Shown one piece after another: positions 37,706 through 51,408 of a stretch of DNA of 64,000 nt. The stretch comes from Octopus bimaculoides. Taxonomy: Eukaryota. The notes beneath the pieces were generated by a model, which was not told the DNA's origin, did no database searches, and was given only the letters and a program-made list of their open reading frames with translations. The position numbers and the translations under genes are program-made. Each line of letters opens with the position of its first letter. The first letter of the stretch is position 1. The stretch lies in assembly GCF_001194135.2 (NCBI RefSeq), contig NC_069004.1:27644790-27708789 (forward strand), read 5' to 3'.

Positions 37706-38452
37706 ATGAAAAATAATTTTTCCTCAGTATCCAGAAGTGTGGGTGGTGTTATCTTTTACACTGGTTTTGAAGAATTTATGGAAATTAAGAACTGATTTTC
37801 ATTTAATTTCTCTTGTTCATCATTTTTGTCAAGTTGGTGACAAGGCATAAATTTGGCATCTGTACTATTATATAATTTACAGATATGATGAAATAAATTA
37901 GGTTATCGTTTGAATAAATTCACAAGAGCAATTTGTCAAATGAGTACGGCATATTTTGTACTGTTTATTTCTATTTTTTTTATTGCTATTCATTTATTTT
38001 TTTTTGTTATTGATTCAATTAGGCAGATGTTTGGGGTATGAATTTGTCTGTAGTAAATTGTTGCCGGAAGTTTCTCTGAGAATGCAATATGGAAGAATGT
38101 TGTTGTGCAGTGACGGAAGAGAACTTAAAGCAGATGAAATGTTGAGAAAGCAATTTAATAAAAAACATTTTTTTTTTTTTGCTTTTTTTATTTTCACCTC
38201 TCTTTCCTCTAGAACATACTACCACTACTACTACTACTACTACTACTGCTGCTTCTGCTGCCGCTGCTACTGATGATGAGGATGATAATCCTTCCACCAG
38301 AATTGTTTATGGGCTTGTGCTCACATGCATGTATGTGTGTATATATGTATATGCATATATATATATATATATGTGTATATGTATGTGCATGTATGTGTAT
38401 ATATATATGTATATATGTGTATATTTATATGTATATATATGTATGTATATAG

Positions 38453-38515
<63 letters not shown>

Positions 38516-39194
38516 NNNNNNNNNNNNNNNNNNNNNNNNNNNNNNNNNNNNNNNNNNNNNNNNNNNNNNNNNNNNNNNNNNNNNNNNNNNNNNNNNNNNN
38601 NNNNNNNNNNNNNNNNNNNNNNNNNNNNNNNNNNNNNNNNNNNNNNNNNNNNNNNNNNNNNNNNNNNNNNNNNNNNNNNNNNNNNNNNNNNNNCCCCCGC
38701 CTCTCCCCTCCCTCCGTTCCATTCACTTTTCTTTTTCTCTTACACTTGTCTTCACTTTACTCTTCTCTCTCCCCTCCTCCCCCCTCCCACCTTCCGACAC
38801 TCTATTTTTCTCTGTTACAAATGGTCTTGTTCATGATGATGATGATGATGTTGTTGTTTGTCAGTCTTGTGTACAAGATTTATTACTTAATCTCTCTTTG
38901 TTACCACAAGAAGTATTGATGCATTCCAGGTAATGCTGATGATATCACTTGAACTTCTCTGCATTTCTCCTGTTTTCCATTGATTATTGTTCAAAAACAA
39001 CAACAACAACAACAACAACAGCCACAACCCCAATGGTAGAAGCAGCAGCAGCAGCAGCAACCAGCTGTAGTGGTTTATATAGCTGTTTGGCTCACCTATG
39101 TTTTATTTATAACTTCTAGCATGCTCTCAATAACTCAATAAAATTTCATTGTTAAACTCACCTTCCAGAAATTAGATTACTAGAGAAACACGCA

Positions 39195-39236
<42 letters not shown>

Positions 39237-39481
39237 CACACATACACGTGCACTGCACCCATTGAGGCATGTTTGTACTTACATACACATACTCAAATGC
39301 TTATTTTTTTTTAATGTTTTTTTTTTTGGTTTTGTTTGTTTGTCAAGAATCTTTATCAAGAATATTAGAAGTTATTAGCTTCTTGGTTTCAGCCTTAGGT
39401 CAGAGACTTATACCCTAGCACAATAGCATCACATGGTGGTGTGTGTGTATGTCTGTATATGTATGTATGCACACACACGCG

Positions 39482-39512
<31 letters not shown>

Positions 39513-39648
39513 GCACTATTACATCTGTTCTGATAGTGAAACAATCTTTGCCAGTGCATTTCTGCTATGCTATCTGCACTCATCATATTAGTAATGAACA
39601 GATCAGACTCTGTCTCTGTGTGTGTGTGTGTGTGCGTGTGCGTACGTG

Positions 39649-39681
<33 letters not shown>

Positions 39682-42600
39682 ACATGCATGTATATTCATG
39701 TTTTTTATATACATGTTTATTTATGTGAGTCTATCCTTCTATCTATCATTTTATACACACACACATGTTTTTATATATATATATATATATATATATNNNN
39801 NNNNNNNNNNNNNNNNNNNNNNNNNNNNNNNNNNNNNNNNNNNNNNNNNNNNNNNNNNNNNNNNNNNNNNNNNNNNNNNNNNNNNNNNNNNNNNNNNNNN
39901 NNNNNNNNNNNNNNNNNNNNNNNNNNNNNNNNNNNNNNNNNNNNNNNNNNNNNNNNNNNNNNNNNNNNNNNNNNNNNNNNNNNNNNNNNNNNNNNNNNNN
40001 NNNNNNNNNNNNNNNNNNNNNNNNNNNNNNNNNNNNNNNNNNNNNNNNNNNNNNNNNNNNNNNNNNNNNNNNNNNNNNNNNNNNNNNNNNNNNNNNNNNN
40101 NNNNNNNNNNNNNNNNNNNNNNNNNNNNNNNNNNNNNNNNNNNNNNNNNNNNNNNNNNNNNNNNNNNNNNNNNNNNNNNNNNNNNNNNNNNNNNNNNNNN
40201 NNNNNNNNNNNNNNNNNNNNNNNNNNNNNNNNNNNNNGGGGGGAAGGACTACAGTTTTGAAAGGGATAAAAGATGGCATATGTTTGAATGTATGATTTGA
40301 ATTGATTTTCAGGGGACTGATCCCGGAATCTGAAAGTTTCTGGAGAGAGTGAAAGGAATAGGAAAGATGTCTTAAAAATTCCTTTGATATACATCTATGG
40401 AGCCTTCCTACCATGGGACATTAACTACATACAGCAGGTTCTCAAACACACACACGAACATACACACACACACACACACACACATTGGTGTTCTTTTTAA
40501 GGCATGTTTTCACTAAACATCACAGATAAAAGAATGCATTAACACAAAACCTGAAGATAAAGTTATGAACATTAATACCTGTAATGTTTTATTGTGTTGG
40601 AAAACTGCAATATATTTTGTAAGAGCACAGAGAGAATTCCAAAGCAGATTCTTCTGAGAGTTGTGATGTAAATGAGCTGACTTTGTATTCCCATATTAAA
40701 ACATTCCTTACTGTAAACTCCTTCAGTATACTTCAAACACTACATTCCCTTTTGTCTTTTGGCTTTCATTGATAAGATTTATTCTTAATCTATATTTTCG
40801 GAGGGTTATCAAGTAGAGCAACTCTGTGGCAGGAAGCTGCTCTTTAACTGCATTAAATCTATACTGATGCATATATTATATTCTTCTTATACTTTTATAC
40901 GTCTGTTATTCTGATTCACTACTGGTTTGCAACAACTCAAGTAACTTTGTCTAATAATATGAGTTTATGTATTCAAGTCGCCTGGATGCTATATTCAAGT
41001 ATGTATTTTTATTTGTAAATAAAATAAATAAAATACTTTTAACGGAGTGTACTAGCTAGGCATTTGGTAATGCATCGATGTAAAGCTAAACATAAACTAC
41101 ATTACCTATGTTGGTCAATTTATGTTAGGAAGTATAAAACACATACTGCTAGTTTACATTACAAATCATCTACATGTGTAAATTTGCAGCAACAGCTAAC
41201 CTACATTAATGTAAAAAATAAATTGGCTTAGATTATGCTGTAGATTGTTTTAATTTTTTATTTTTACCTTAATAGATTTATGAGTAAATTGTGTGTACAT
41301 ATAATGAGTTCTTTATCAAATGGAATCAGTTCTCTATCAAAGTTTATCAGGAATAATATTTTTTTAATGTGTCCTGCTTTTGTAATGGACTCATGCAATT
41401 TGCTCATTTCCCATTTTTTTTTTATTGACATGTATTTATTGCTTTATGATGATTATGATGGTGGTGAGGACGATGATGATGATGTATTTCAAATTTAGTT
41501 TACTTTGGAAATACATTAACATTTCTTTCACTGTTAGCATTTATCATATTCAACAACATTTTTACATCGAAACATTACCATTTTCCCAGACTTTACTACA
41601 TATTCCATTATCTGTTATTCCTTCTGTCTACACTTGTATTAAAAGGAAAAAAAAAAAAAAACTCTCTATGCTATTTTACCAAAACTTCCCCATCATCATT
41701 ATATACACATTATGCCTTTAATTTTCCCACTTCTGCCAGCATTTGACCAAACTGCTTGAAAAATCCTGACATTTACACATGTTGTTGATGAATTTCAAGT
41801 CAAAGACATCACATTTGTAAACTCACACACACACATACACACACCTCACAATCTTACATGCAGAAATATTTACAATGTAACTGAACTCATCGAACATCTA
41901 TCATCTCCCTCTCGCTTACTGCTCACTTGATATAAAACTATGTCATTATAGATTCAAGCACATCCATGTATCACCCATTTCCATACTTTTTCCTCCCTTT
42001 CTTTTACATCCTTTACCATTGCACCTGTCCATCTATCATCAACACAGGTAAAGGAAAGGAAAGAAATACAATAAGAGAACATATAAAATATATAAAGTAA
42101 AACAAGCCCCCAAATGAAATAGTCAAACGCATCATCTATTATTACCTGAGCGGATATGATTGCTTAATTTTTTTCCCCTTTTAGTATCATGCAGTAAATA
42201 TGTAAATATAGTCCCAATAGCTTGCTTTCTTTTCTTTTCGTTATTGCTGTTGTCGTTTCTTGAAATAGTTATCATGTCACTGTCGTTTCCCAACAAGTTC
42301 TTTGTTGTATGTAATTGCATTTATTGCTTGGCTAAATGGTAATATGAATGGGATTTTCAACTTCTGCTCTGCTCTTTATTTCCTTTGAGGAAATAAATAG
42401 CAAATAAGGAAGCGAGGCATTTCTCACCAACAGCTTTATTGCCTAATTATCTTACACACACACACTCACGCACGCGCACACACACACAAACACACACACA
42501 TGCCTTTAAGTGCTTCTAAACTAGGGAGATTCATATCTATAATTGTCTATAGAATTACTAAACGTTGTATGTGCATATGTATGTCTGGAATTCTAATGGA

Positions 42601-42954
42601 ATTTGGTGCAATTTCAACACTTTTGTTAAAGAATTAAAACATTGTATCTTAAATTACAACCTTGTATAAAGAGACCTGTTTAAAATAGCTTTTTCTTCAT
42701 ATCACACTGGGATAAATTAATGTTTGAAATAGCTCTTCATTATTATATTGAGAGATATTTTATTGCAACAGAATTAGTCAGTAGGATTTTCTGGAGTGTT
42801 TTGGGCTTTTTTAAAAACTTTTTTTGTAATGAATTTAATAAAAATGATTCTATTTATATTTATAATAAACATATTTTTAAAAAGTTTTTCTTTTTTTTTT
42901 TTAAAATTGCATTAAAAGTTGTACTTGATATATCTTTAATCATTCACCATTACT

Positions 42955-43330
42955 TGTGTCAGTCATTGGACTGCAGCCATGCTGGAGCATTGCCTTGAGG
43001 TGTTTAGTCAAACAAATTGACCCGCACCTCCCAGGACTTTTTTTTTTTAGTTTGATCTTTGTCTTTTGGTCTCTTTTGCTGAACTGCTAAATTACAGGTG
43101 TAAACATGCCAACACCAGTTGTCAAGAGGTAGTGGAACATTAGGCATGCACACATACACACAGCACACAATGGGCTTCCACACAAATTTCATCTATCAAA
43201 GTCACTTACAAGGCATTGGTTGACCTCGGGGCTATTACTGGAGGCATGTGCTTAAGGTGCTGTATGTGGGACTGAACCCAAAACCACGTGGTTGCAGAGC
43301 AAGCCTCTTAACCACACAGCCATATCTGTG
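42955..43330 (-). mobile_element. SINE family A
   Basis: cagtcattggactgcagccatgctggagc...tcttttgctgaactgctaa...gggactgaaccc..aaccacgtggttgc...ttaaccacacagccat. Confidence 0.85.
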
Positions 43331-43656
43331 CCTTTGTAAAGGTTATATTGATATTATTTTATTGAGCGTAATTTTTTAAATCCTTTTATTGTTTTTATAA
43401 CTGGTTTCAATTACTTGACCCTGGCTATACTTGGGCCCTGTCTTCAAGGGTTTTAGTCACTTGTATTGACCCCACTCTTTTCCAGTTCTGTGCCTAGTAA
43501 TTATTTTTTAACTTCAGAAGGAGGAAAAGCAATATCACTTCTGAGGCAAAAGAGATGCAACTAAATACCACAAGGGATTTTGTCTGCCCCTGTTCTACTG
43601 ATTCTGCCATCCACCTGATGATGCCTACATATATGCACAAGTACACACATCTTTAA

Positions 43657-43876
43657 CCCTTTAGCATTCAGGTTACTCTGTCAAATGTAATGCTTATTTA
43701 TTCACATTGTTTCGAATTAATTATGCATTATCTTGTAGATTGGAAATTTCAATAACATGATGGTTTATTTTCAGAATGACATTGTAGGGTAGGTGTGAGA
43801 GGTCAGATCTGGCTGGTTTGAACATGAAGCAGATAGAATATTTTGGTCAGATATGGTTGGTTTAAACGCTAAAGGG
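43657..43876. mobile_element. piggyBac-like MITE 2
   Basis: TTAA at 43653-43656 and 43877-43880; TIR CCCTTTAGC / GCTAAAGGG. Confidence 0.85.
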
Positions 43877-44142
43877 TTAAGCAGAGATTTAACTCTCAGA
43901 CCTATATTTTTGACACAGCCTTATACAAGAGGCTCATTGCGAGTAAATGACTGAGAGAGGTGAATTCCCAGCCCAAGAAATAATGGAACATGTAATTAAA
44001 ATATTTTGTAGGCATATAAATGATGATGATGATGATAGCAATAACAGTGAAGGTTGCATTGACTGTAACAAGAGCTACAATGGTTACTCAAAATAGTGAG
44101 GTCTAATAAATTAATACTACTTCAGTTATACCTGCAAGGAGG

Positions 44143-44165
44143 AAATAATAATAATAATAATGATG

Positions 44166-44208
<43 letters not shown>

Positions 44209-44219
44209 TAATAATAATA
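44143..44219 (+). repeat. (AAT)n microsatellite
   Basis: Directly visible. Confidence 0.95.
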
Positions 44220-46146
44220 GTAAAGAACCAGGCGTAATTTACACATTATTTACTCTTGTGAATAGATGTCCAATGGCATGTGAAATGGTACTAAAAATAT
44301 CAGTAGTGTATTACTGTGCAACAACACCAATATTATATTGCTTACGTTGCAGGAGATATGTATTAAAATTTTCTACTACTGATTCTTTGATGTGGTTTTT
44401 GGCTGCAGCATAATCGATGCAGTACCAGTACTGGAAGTAGCACCAAAGCAATTGCATTACTTAATGTTGCTGGAGACAAATGTTTTGAAAATGTCTGTTG
44501 CTGAAGTCTCTGTGTGTTGCCTAGGTGTTCGTGGATTAGAAGTATATGCAGAATTATGATTATTTTTTTTTTTATATTATAATTATTATTATTATTATTA
44601 TTATTATTATTTTCTCTCAGTGAGATCAGGAATAGAAACACAGATATATGACTGTGCAAAAAATAAAAGTGCTTTTGCTTGCTGTGGTTTGCTAAGTTTT
44701 AATGTACCAAGGGATGTTTGGAAAACTTGGGTTTATATTGGTTACGTAACCTCACATTCTCATTTTTGTTTTATGTTTTTAATGCAACCCCAAAAAAATT
44801 CTAGCAAAATTTTTATTTCATTATGACATATAATAGGTAATTTGATATAATTTATTTAAAAAAAAAAAAACGCAGAAGAATCAGAAATCCTGAAAAACCT
44901 TGGAATCAAAGATGGTAAGAAAGGGTACTGAAAAATATGTCTAAATACGTAGAAATCAGCATTCTTGATTATCCTTACTGGAAAATAAAAATTGATAAAT
45001 TACATCCCTTGATTTATTTCCTCAAAAATATCTTTTTACCTCATCATGATTTAATCATGCAATAAGTCTTTTTTTTTTTTTTTCACGCATTTCTCATATA
45101 AAAGGTAGGTTAGTATAAGTGTGTGTGTCTGTGTGTCAGTGGTGGTGGTGATGGGTAGTGATGAGAGAGAGTCTTCCTTTTCTTAAACATCTTTTTTCCT
45201 TTGGACTTGGTTTATATCCAGGAGTATTTCTGAAATTTTTGTTTTCCATTTTATTTACTTCTAGATTATTATTATGATTATTATTATTATTATCATCATT
45301 ATTATTATTGTTGTTGTTTTTTGGTTGAATCTTCTAGAATTTTCTTATTTTTCATTCTGCACCACCCACCGCTCCCCCTTTTACTCCTAGAGTTACTATT
45401 TTATTTTATTGTTGACTAGATAAAGTTATATTTTATGTACGTATATCTATGTATTTTTTTCTTCTTTCTCTCTCTTCACGATCCAATCAGTGAATGATTT
45501 AAGCTGTAAGAAAGTAAGTCTGATAAAAGAAGTTTTGCAGCATACAGGATCTATGGATATTATCTCTCTATTCACCACAACCTTTTCATTGTGATCATTT
45601 GGAAAGTATTTTATCTCTTTTCTATTCACATTCTTTTCCATGGTTCTTTACCACAAGATGAAAGATAATGTAGCAATATTCTATGTACGTATGTTTGCAT
45701 ACATGTGTGTGTGTGTTTGTGTGAGCAAATGTATACTATATATATATATAGGTTTGTGTGTATGTATCTTGGAATTTTTGGAATTCGCACTTTGATATCT
45801 TTTTATAGAATTCACACTTACTTCCATGTATTTCATAGAATCCATAATTATTTTGCATCTTTGTTTCATTGTTGGGTGTTGTTGTTATTACTATTATTAT
45901 TATTCCTTGTCAAACCAAAATCTTGTTTTTACTAAACCCAATATAATTCCTATTGCTACTTTTTACTATCATGTTAGAAACATTTTGATTTAAAACTATA
46001 ATCAATATTAGGTATTCAACTTTGTCTTTTTTTTTTTTTTTTTTTTGGTTTGTTTTTGGTTTTACATAGTATGAAAAGGAAGGACGGTTGTCATAGATAT
46101 GAAAATCCCTACTAAGCTGGTAATGTTCAGTTTGAATTTGTATTTG

Positions 46147-46518
46147 CTATTATCATAGGCCAGGTTCCAACCTGGGCCACAGCAACAAAGTTCACCTGCC
46201 ACACTTCTTGGTCCAATGTCAATGGCTTGAAATCTTGGATACATTTCAGGCCAGTATCTGCAATCAAGTTGTCAATGTAGGTGTGACAATGTTTTCCTCT
46301 TCTTACATCACCATGAAGTGGGATCCACAGGATTAAGTTGGATGCTTTCCCCTCAGGGTGGTACATGCAGTGACCAGATAGTTGCCACCATCTTTGGATC
46401 TTATATGGCAGTGAAACATGGACACTAACAAAGAGATTATCAAACAAGCTAGATGGCTGCTCAACAAGCACACTACAAATATCCCTAAGTATGAAATGGC
46501 AGCAACATATGACAAACA
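46147..46518 (-). mobile_element. RTE/RTE-X-type LINE 3' fragment with inverted 5' segment
   Basis: Minus strand 46402-46150: KIQRWWQLSGHCMYHPEGKASNLILWIPLHGDVRRGKHCHTYIDNLIADTGL. Plus strand 46401-46518: LYGSETWTLTKRLSNKLDGCSTSTLQISLSMKWQQHMTN. Candidate TSD aatttgtat(t/g)tg at 46135-46146 and 46519-46530. Confidence 0.8.
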
Positions 46519-46779
46519 AATTTGTATGTGTTGATGCTTTGGAGAGAAAATATAGAGCAATGTTTAGGACAAGGTTTGGTTGATATGGTACAGAAGGGCT
46601 GATGATGAGAAGCGATAAGGAAGCTTCAACAAGTGAGCTTGAGCAGAGGTGGTGGTCAGTGACTGCTGGAGACAGAGGGAGTCTTATGTATGTCTGTGGG
46701 GGAGCAGTTGGATATTTGGAAGAGGAATTTTACCATTCAGATGAATAAGCTTTATTATTATTATTATTATTTAAGCAAG

Positions 46780-47135
46780 TGCAGGCTTGTGGTTAAGAAG
46801 CTCACTTTGTAACCATATGTTTTGGATTCAATTCCACTTCATAGCACTTTAAACAAGTGTCTTCTATAACCCTGGGCCAACCAATGCCTTGTAAATACAT
46901 TTTGGTAGACAGAAACTGTGCTGAAGCTGATCATGTACACATATACACATGTGTCTTTTATTTTGTATTTGTCCCCTCCTCACTACTTGACAACTGGTGT
47001 TGGTTTGTTTACATCCCCATTAATTAACAGTTCAGCAAAAGTGACTGATAGAATAATAACCGGTCTTTATAAAAATTAAGTTCTTGGGTAGATTTCTTCA
47101 GCTAAATACCCACAAGGCAATGCTCCAGCATGGTC
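46780..47135 (+). mobile_element. SINE family A, diverged
   Basis: tgtggttaagaagctcacttt..aacc...aagtgtcttcta...ggtagacagaaactgtg...cttgacaactggtgttgg...gcaatgctccagcatgg. Confidence 0.8.
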
Positions 47136-47674
47136 GTTTTCTTATGCTATCTAAATTGTTTATGCATGTAGCCACTGCCCATTTTGATATTGCAGATAGG
47201 TTAATAGTACTCTAATGTGGAGTGCACTTATGCTTTGTAGAAGGTCAGTAATGTTAAAAAGCCTTATTTTATACAAGTTATAGAAGTGTGGTTTTCATAA
47301 TAAAAAGTCATCAGAAACTGTAAACTAATATTTGTACAGTGAATGAAGGCCTCAACTATGAAGTGTTGATGAGTAAGAAATATATGGTGTTATACACTTC
47401 CTTGATGTGTGTAATAAGTAAGTCTTGATGAATTAGGTCTGTGTGCCTGGTCTATGAATTTGTTTACAACAGAGTGATAAGCTATTGGTACACAACAGCA
47501 GTCATATGACACATGTCGTGTTCCTCTCTACGCATATCTAGATTTGCAAAAGGGTTGGATTTTGGATTTTGCTGTTTCACCCCTTGTGCTGCGTAGTATG
47601 TTGTTGACTCTCTTAATTGATGGTAATCTTAAGAAAAACAGATGCATTGCTGTTGATGATGTTGCTGTCATCTA

Positions 47675-47900
47675 GTACCAGACCAGATTTGATCAAGTAG
47701 GCTTATGATAAAAAATGATACGACAATCATTTCACCTTTTTCTACATTATTTTTTCCAGATAGGCATAGTGTATCTAGGAAGAACTATCTGATACCTCTA
47801 TCCTTTTTTGTAAGGTGGTAGGTTATGATATCGGGGATACTTGGTTGTTATTTCTTGTGGGTCAAGCAGCTGCATGGAAACTCCTTTGTTGGCTTATTAT
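47675..47900 (+). mobile_element. Interspersed repeat family E
   Basis: ctagtaccagacc.gatttgatcaagtaggcttatgat...ggcatagtgtatctagg...gtaaggtggtagg.tatgat...ttggttgttatttct; related to 35220 and 59940. Confidence 0.55.
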
Positions 47901-50004
47901 GATGACAACGATGACGATGGCAATAGACACATAATTAACTAACTCTGTAACATTGTGTTAGAAGTAATACTAGCTAACATCATACCTTTACTGTTGTGAA
48001 TAGCTTTAAATGTCTATCTACTATCGATTCAATGTGTTTTCGCTATTCTCAAGTTCTTTTAAAGTGTGCTTGTTGTAACTGAATTCAATTTCTGTTAAGA
48101 GGTTTTTGGAATCATTCAAATTTCCACGAAAATTTAACAATGAATAAAATAAATCAAAAGTTTCTCATTTCCAGTGTATAAAAGTTAGGACCTGATACAC
48201 TATTTAAATGTATGTCTTTACATGAATCTCATTGAAGTCAAACATGTTTCTCATTTGTATGCAGCTATTTCACACCAAGTAAACAAAACTGAACATTTAT
48301 TTGTGCTATTATTTCTTCATTATTTATTGTCGTTAGCATCAGTACCCAAACTTGCAGTTGATTCCGGTTAGAACTATCACACCTATATATGGTAGCAATG
48401 CATGTAACTTCAACCTTAGTTCAATTTCCATTCTGTCAATGTGGTTCAGTTAATTAACCACCACCAGGGTAACCTATGAAACTCAAGTGACTTTCATCAT
48501 CACTTCTAAATGTTCCATTATGACACCTTGCCTGATGCTAATCAATTTATTATTTAAGGTTCAGTAACTCTGTTATTGTGGCTATCAGCTCTGGTGTCAT
48601 GAGCCTGTATGAGCCAGTGGTTCATTACAATATGCTCCAGGGACTATTTGATATTCTATGTGTTTGTTTCAGTTTACTTTATTGGTGGTAAATTGGTTTC
48701 AGGTTGGATAACAGTATTGTTATCTGTGATATAATTACATCATATGCAGGAAAAGATTTATCTCTTAATTGCTCAACACTATACAACCAAAAGATAAAGT
48801 ATTGGTTTAATGAGTCTGTAACACTCGCGGAGACATCCTATTTACTATATTGTTATTGGAAGTTTCAAAACCTCACTGAATCATATGTGGAAATAAATCT
48901 ATTATAAGTGTTTTTGGTAGCCTTAATAAGGACTTAATCATAGGTTCATCTTTTAGACAGTAAGAAGAAATGTCGCTAATTGCAACAAGAAAAATTTGCC
49001 GTTATGTTATTGCGTGTTTTAGAGCATGAAGGACTTCTATAGTTACGATTCAAATGGTCTCAAACTTATGACTCTGCACTCTGTCATTCACTGGAATTGC
49101 CTTGTTATTTCAGCATATAGTGTATTACTCTGTTTTGCTGCAGTCAACCTAGCTTAAAATAGGTGTCACTCACAATTCACAGTTGATTGATTAATGTTGG
49201 AAAGATCACCCAACTGTAATGCATGCCTTCTTCATTTCCTGCAAATTCCTGCATTCGTAAAAACCATCCATGCTAGCTAGCATGTTGAAAATGGAAGCCA
49301 AGAAAGGGGAGGGAAAAAATAAGAAAGAAGAATGAAATGGTATGGATTTATAATCACTGTCAGCTCATAGTTTTGAAATAAATATACGCATGTTTGTACA
49401 TGTGACACTGGAATCACTGCAGAAAATAATTTGTGGTTTTAAGCAGCAGTAGTGTTATTTTTGACCATAATCACATCTTTTCTTTAGATTTCCATCTAGC
49501 TTTTCAACAATGCTTTCAATTAAATGTATTATTCAACCTTTTTTTATGTAACAAAACTAAGAAAGAAAAGTCATCAAAATAGACAGGAAAATGTGTGAAA
49601 AAATAAACAGAAAAGAAAAAAGCACTTTAAATGGGTTTTCATTTTAATTCCCTTAACATTTTTATGGTTGCTTAAAATAAATGTACTTAATTTAGAATTT
49701 ACATTTTTTTTTTTAAATTGTATTCAAAGCTTCCACCCACTCATTTCTATTATTATAATATTTTTTTTCACAAACCTTAAGCTGAAATAAACCTTTTAGC
49801 TAATTAAGTCCTCCCATGCTAAATGACAAATGGCTGTAACCTCATAGATTTGATTACTCTGTAGTTTATATGCTCAGCTTCAAATAGTTATTGTTAACAT
49901 ATAAAAATAATAATTAAAAATATTGTAATTAATGACTTTTAACAGACACACAGGAGGCTACTTGTTTTTCAGGGATGATGAGGTGGGAATGTGTGTGTAG
50001 ATAT

Positions 50005-51075
50005 AGCCAATTATATTAACTCAATACATGACTGGTGCTTGTTTTATCAACCCTTGGGGATTGAAATATGAAGTCAATTCTGAGAGGATTTTACCTCTCA
50101 CCGTACATAACTAGATGTGAGATATTTTTCTGACACTCTGCCACTTCTGCCTCAAAACTCAAAGTGCTAGAACACATTCGGTAAAGCACTTTGTCTGACA
50201 TTTTTACAATTTTGTCAATCTACAACCTTGGATTGGTATTTTAAAAACTCTTAAATGGTGGAAGCAAAGTTGGCTTCAGCAAGGCTTGAATTCAGAAATT
50301 GCACTAAGCATTTTGTCTAATTTGCTAACAGTTCTTATTTCTTTATTACCCACAAGGGGCTAAACATAGAGGGGACAAAAAAAAGACAGACAAGGGGATT
50401 AAGTTGATTACATCGACCCCAGTGCGTAACTGGTACTTAATTATCGACCCCAAAAGGATGAAAGACAAAGTCAACCTCGACGGAATTTGATCTCAGAACA
50501 TAACAGCAGACGAAATACCACTAAGCATTTTGCCCGGCAAGCTAACGTCTCTAACAGTTCTGCCAGCTTGCTGTCTTCATAATAATATCAATCCTTTCTA
50601 CTATAGGCACAAGATCTGGAATTTTAGAGGGGGGGGTCTAGTTGATTACATGAATCCCAGTATTCAGCTGATACTAATTTTATCGACCCCGAAAGGATGA
50701 AAAGCAAAGTTGACCCTGGTGGAATTTGAACTCAGAAAGTAAAGACAGACAAAATGCTGCTAAACATTTCACCTAATGTGCTTACAAATTCTGCCAGCTC
50801 ACTGCCTTAATTATAATGGTAATAATGTTTTTTTACTATAGGTGCAAGGCCTGAAGTTTTGTAGGTGGGCACTAGTTGAGTGCATGGGCACTAGTTGAGT
50901 GCATGGGCACTAGTTGAGTGCATCAATCCCAGTGCTCAACTGGTATTTATTTTATTGACCTGGAAGGATGACAAAGTTGACCTCGGAATTGAACTCCAAA
51001 TGTAAAGCCAGAAGAAATACTGCTAAGTATTTTTGTCTGGTATGCTAACAATTCAGCCAGCTCACCACCTCTCTT
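50005..51075 (-). mobile_element. Head-to-tail array of about five SINE family B copies
   Basis: Repeated ctggtactta.tt.tatcgaccc..aaggatgaaag.caaagt.gacc...ggaatttga.ctcagaa; copies joined by (AAT)-rich linkers at ~50580, ~50815 and ~51080. Confidence 0.88.
50866..50923 (+). repeat. 19-bp unit x3 (tgggcactagttgagtgca) inside a SINE B
   Basis: Three perfect consecutive copies. Confidence 0.95.
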
Positions 51076-51104
51076 AAGATAATAATAATAATAATGATGA
51101 TGAT

Positions 51105-51390
51105 GATGATGATGGACACATCTGTCAAAGACAACATATGAGCTTTCAGCTTTTACCAAACAATTTGCTCTAACTATTTGTTTATGGTGATCAGATGTTT
51201 GTGCCACAAAGCTCACTCTCGCCATAAAATCAATACTGTCTGAACAGGTGCTCGGTATACCACACATCAGGTGTTGAAGTGATTACAGAGCAGTATGAAA
51301 TGAAGAACACAGCACACCACTCAGTCTAGGAATTGAAACTACAATTGCTAGATTGTGAGTACAACACCTTAACCACTAGGCCATGCAACC
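51105..51390 (-). mobile_element. tRNA-headed SINE (family G, unclassified body)
   Basis: Minus strand A box TGGCCTAGTGG (51383-51373), B box GTTTCAATTCC (51339-51329), simple-repeat tail at 51096-51113. Confidence 0.65.
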
Positions 51391-51408
51391 CTACATAATA
51401 ACAATATA

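Noticed and set aside
40240-40420. Possible CR1/Jockey 3' remnant
   Set aside because: Similarity too faint to call.
48704-48907. ORF with Ig-like flavour (GKDLSLNCS...KYWFNES...YC)
   Set aside because: Cys-Cys spacing of about 28 residues is too short for an Ig fold, and there is no convincing donor site.
50005-51075. CRISPR-like appearance of regularly recurring conserved motifs
   Set aside because: Repeats are ~200-bp SINE copies with homologous, not unique, intervening sequence; eukaryotic context and no cas genes.
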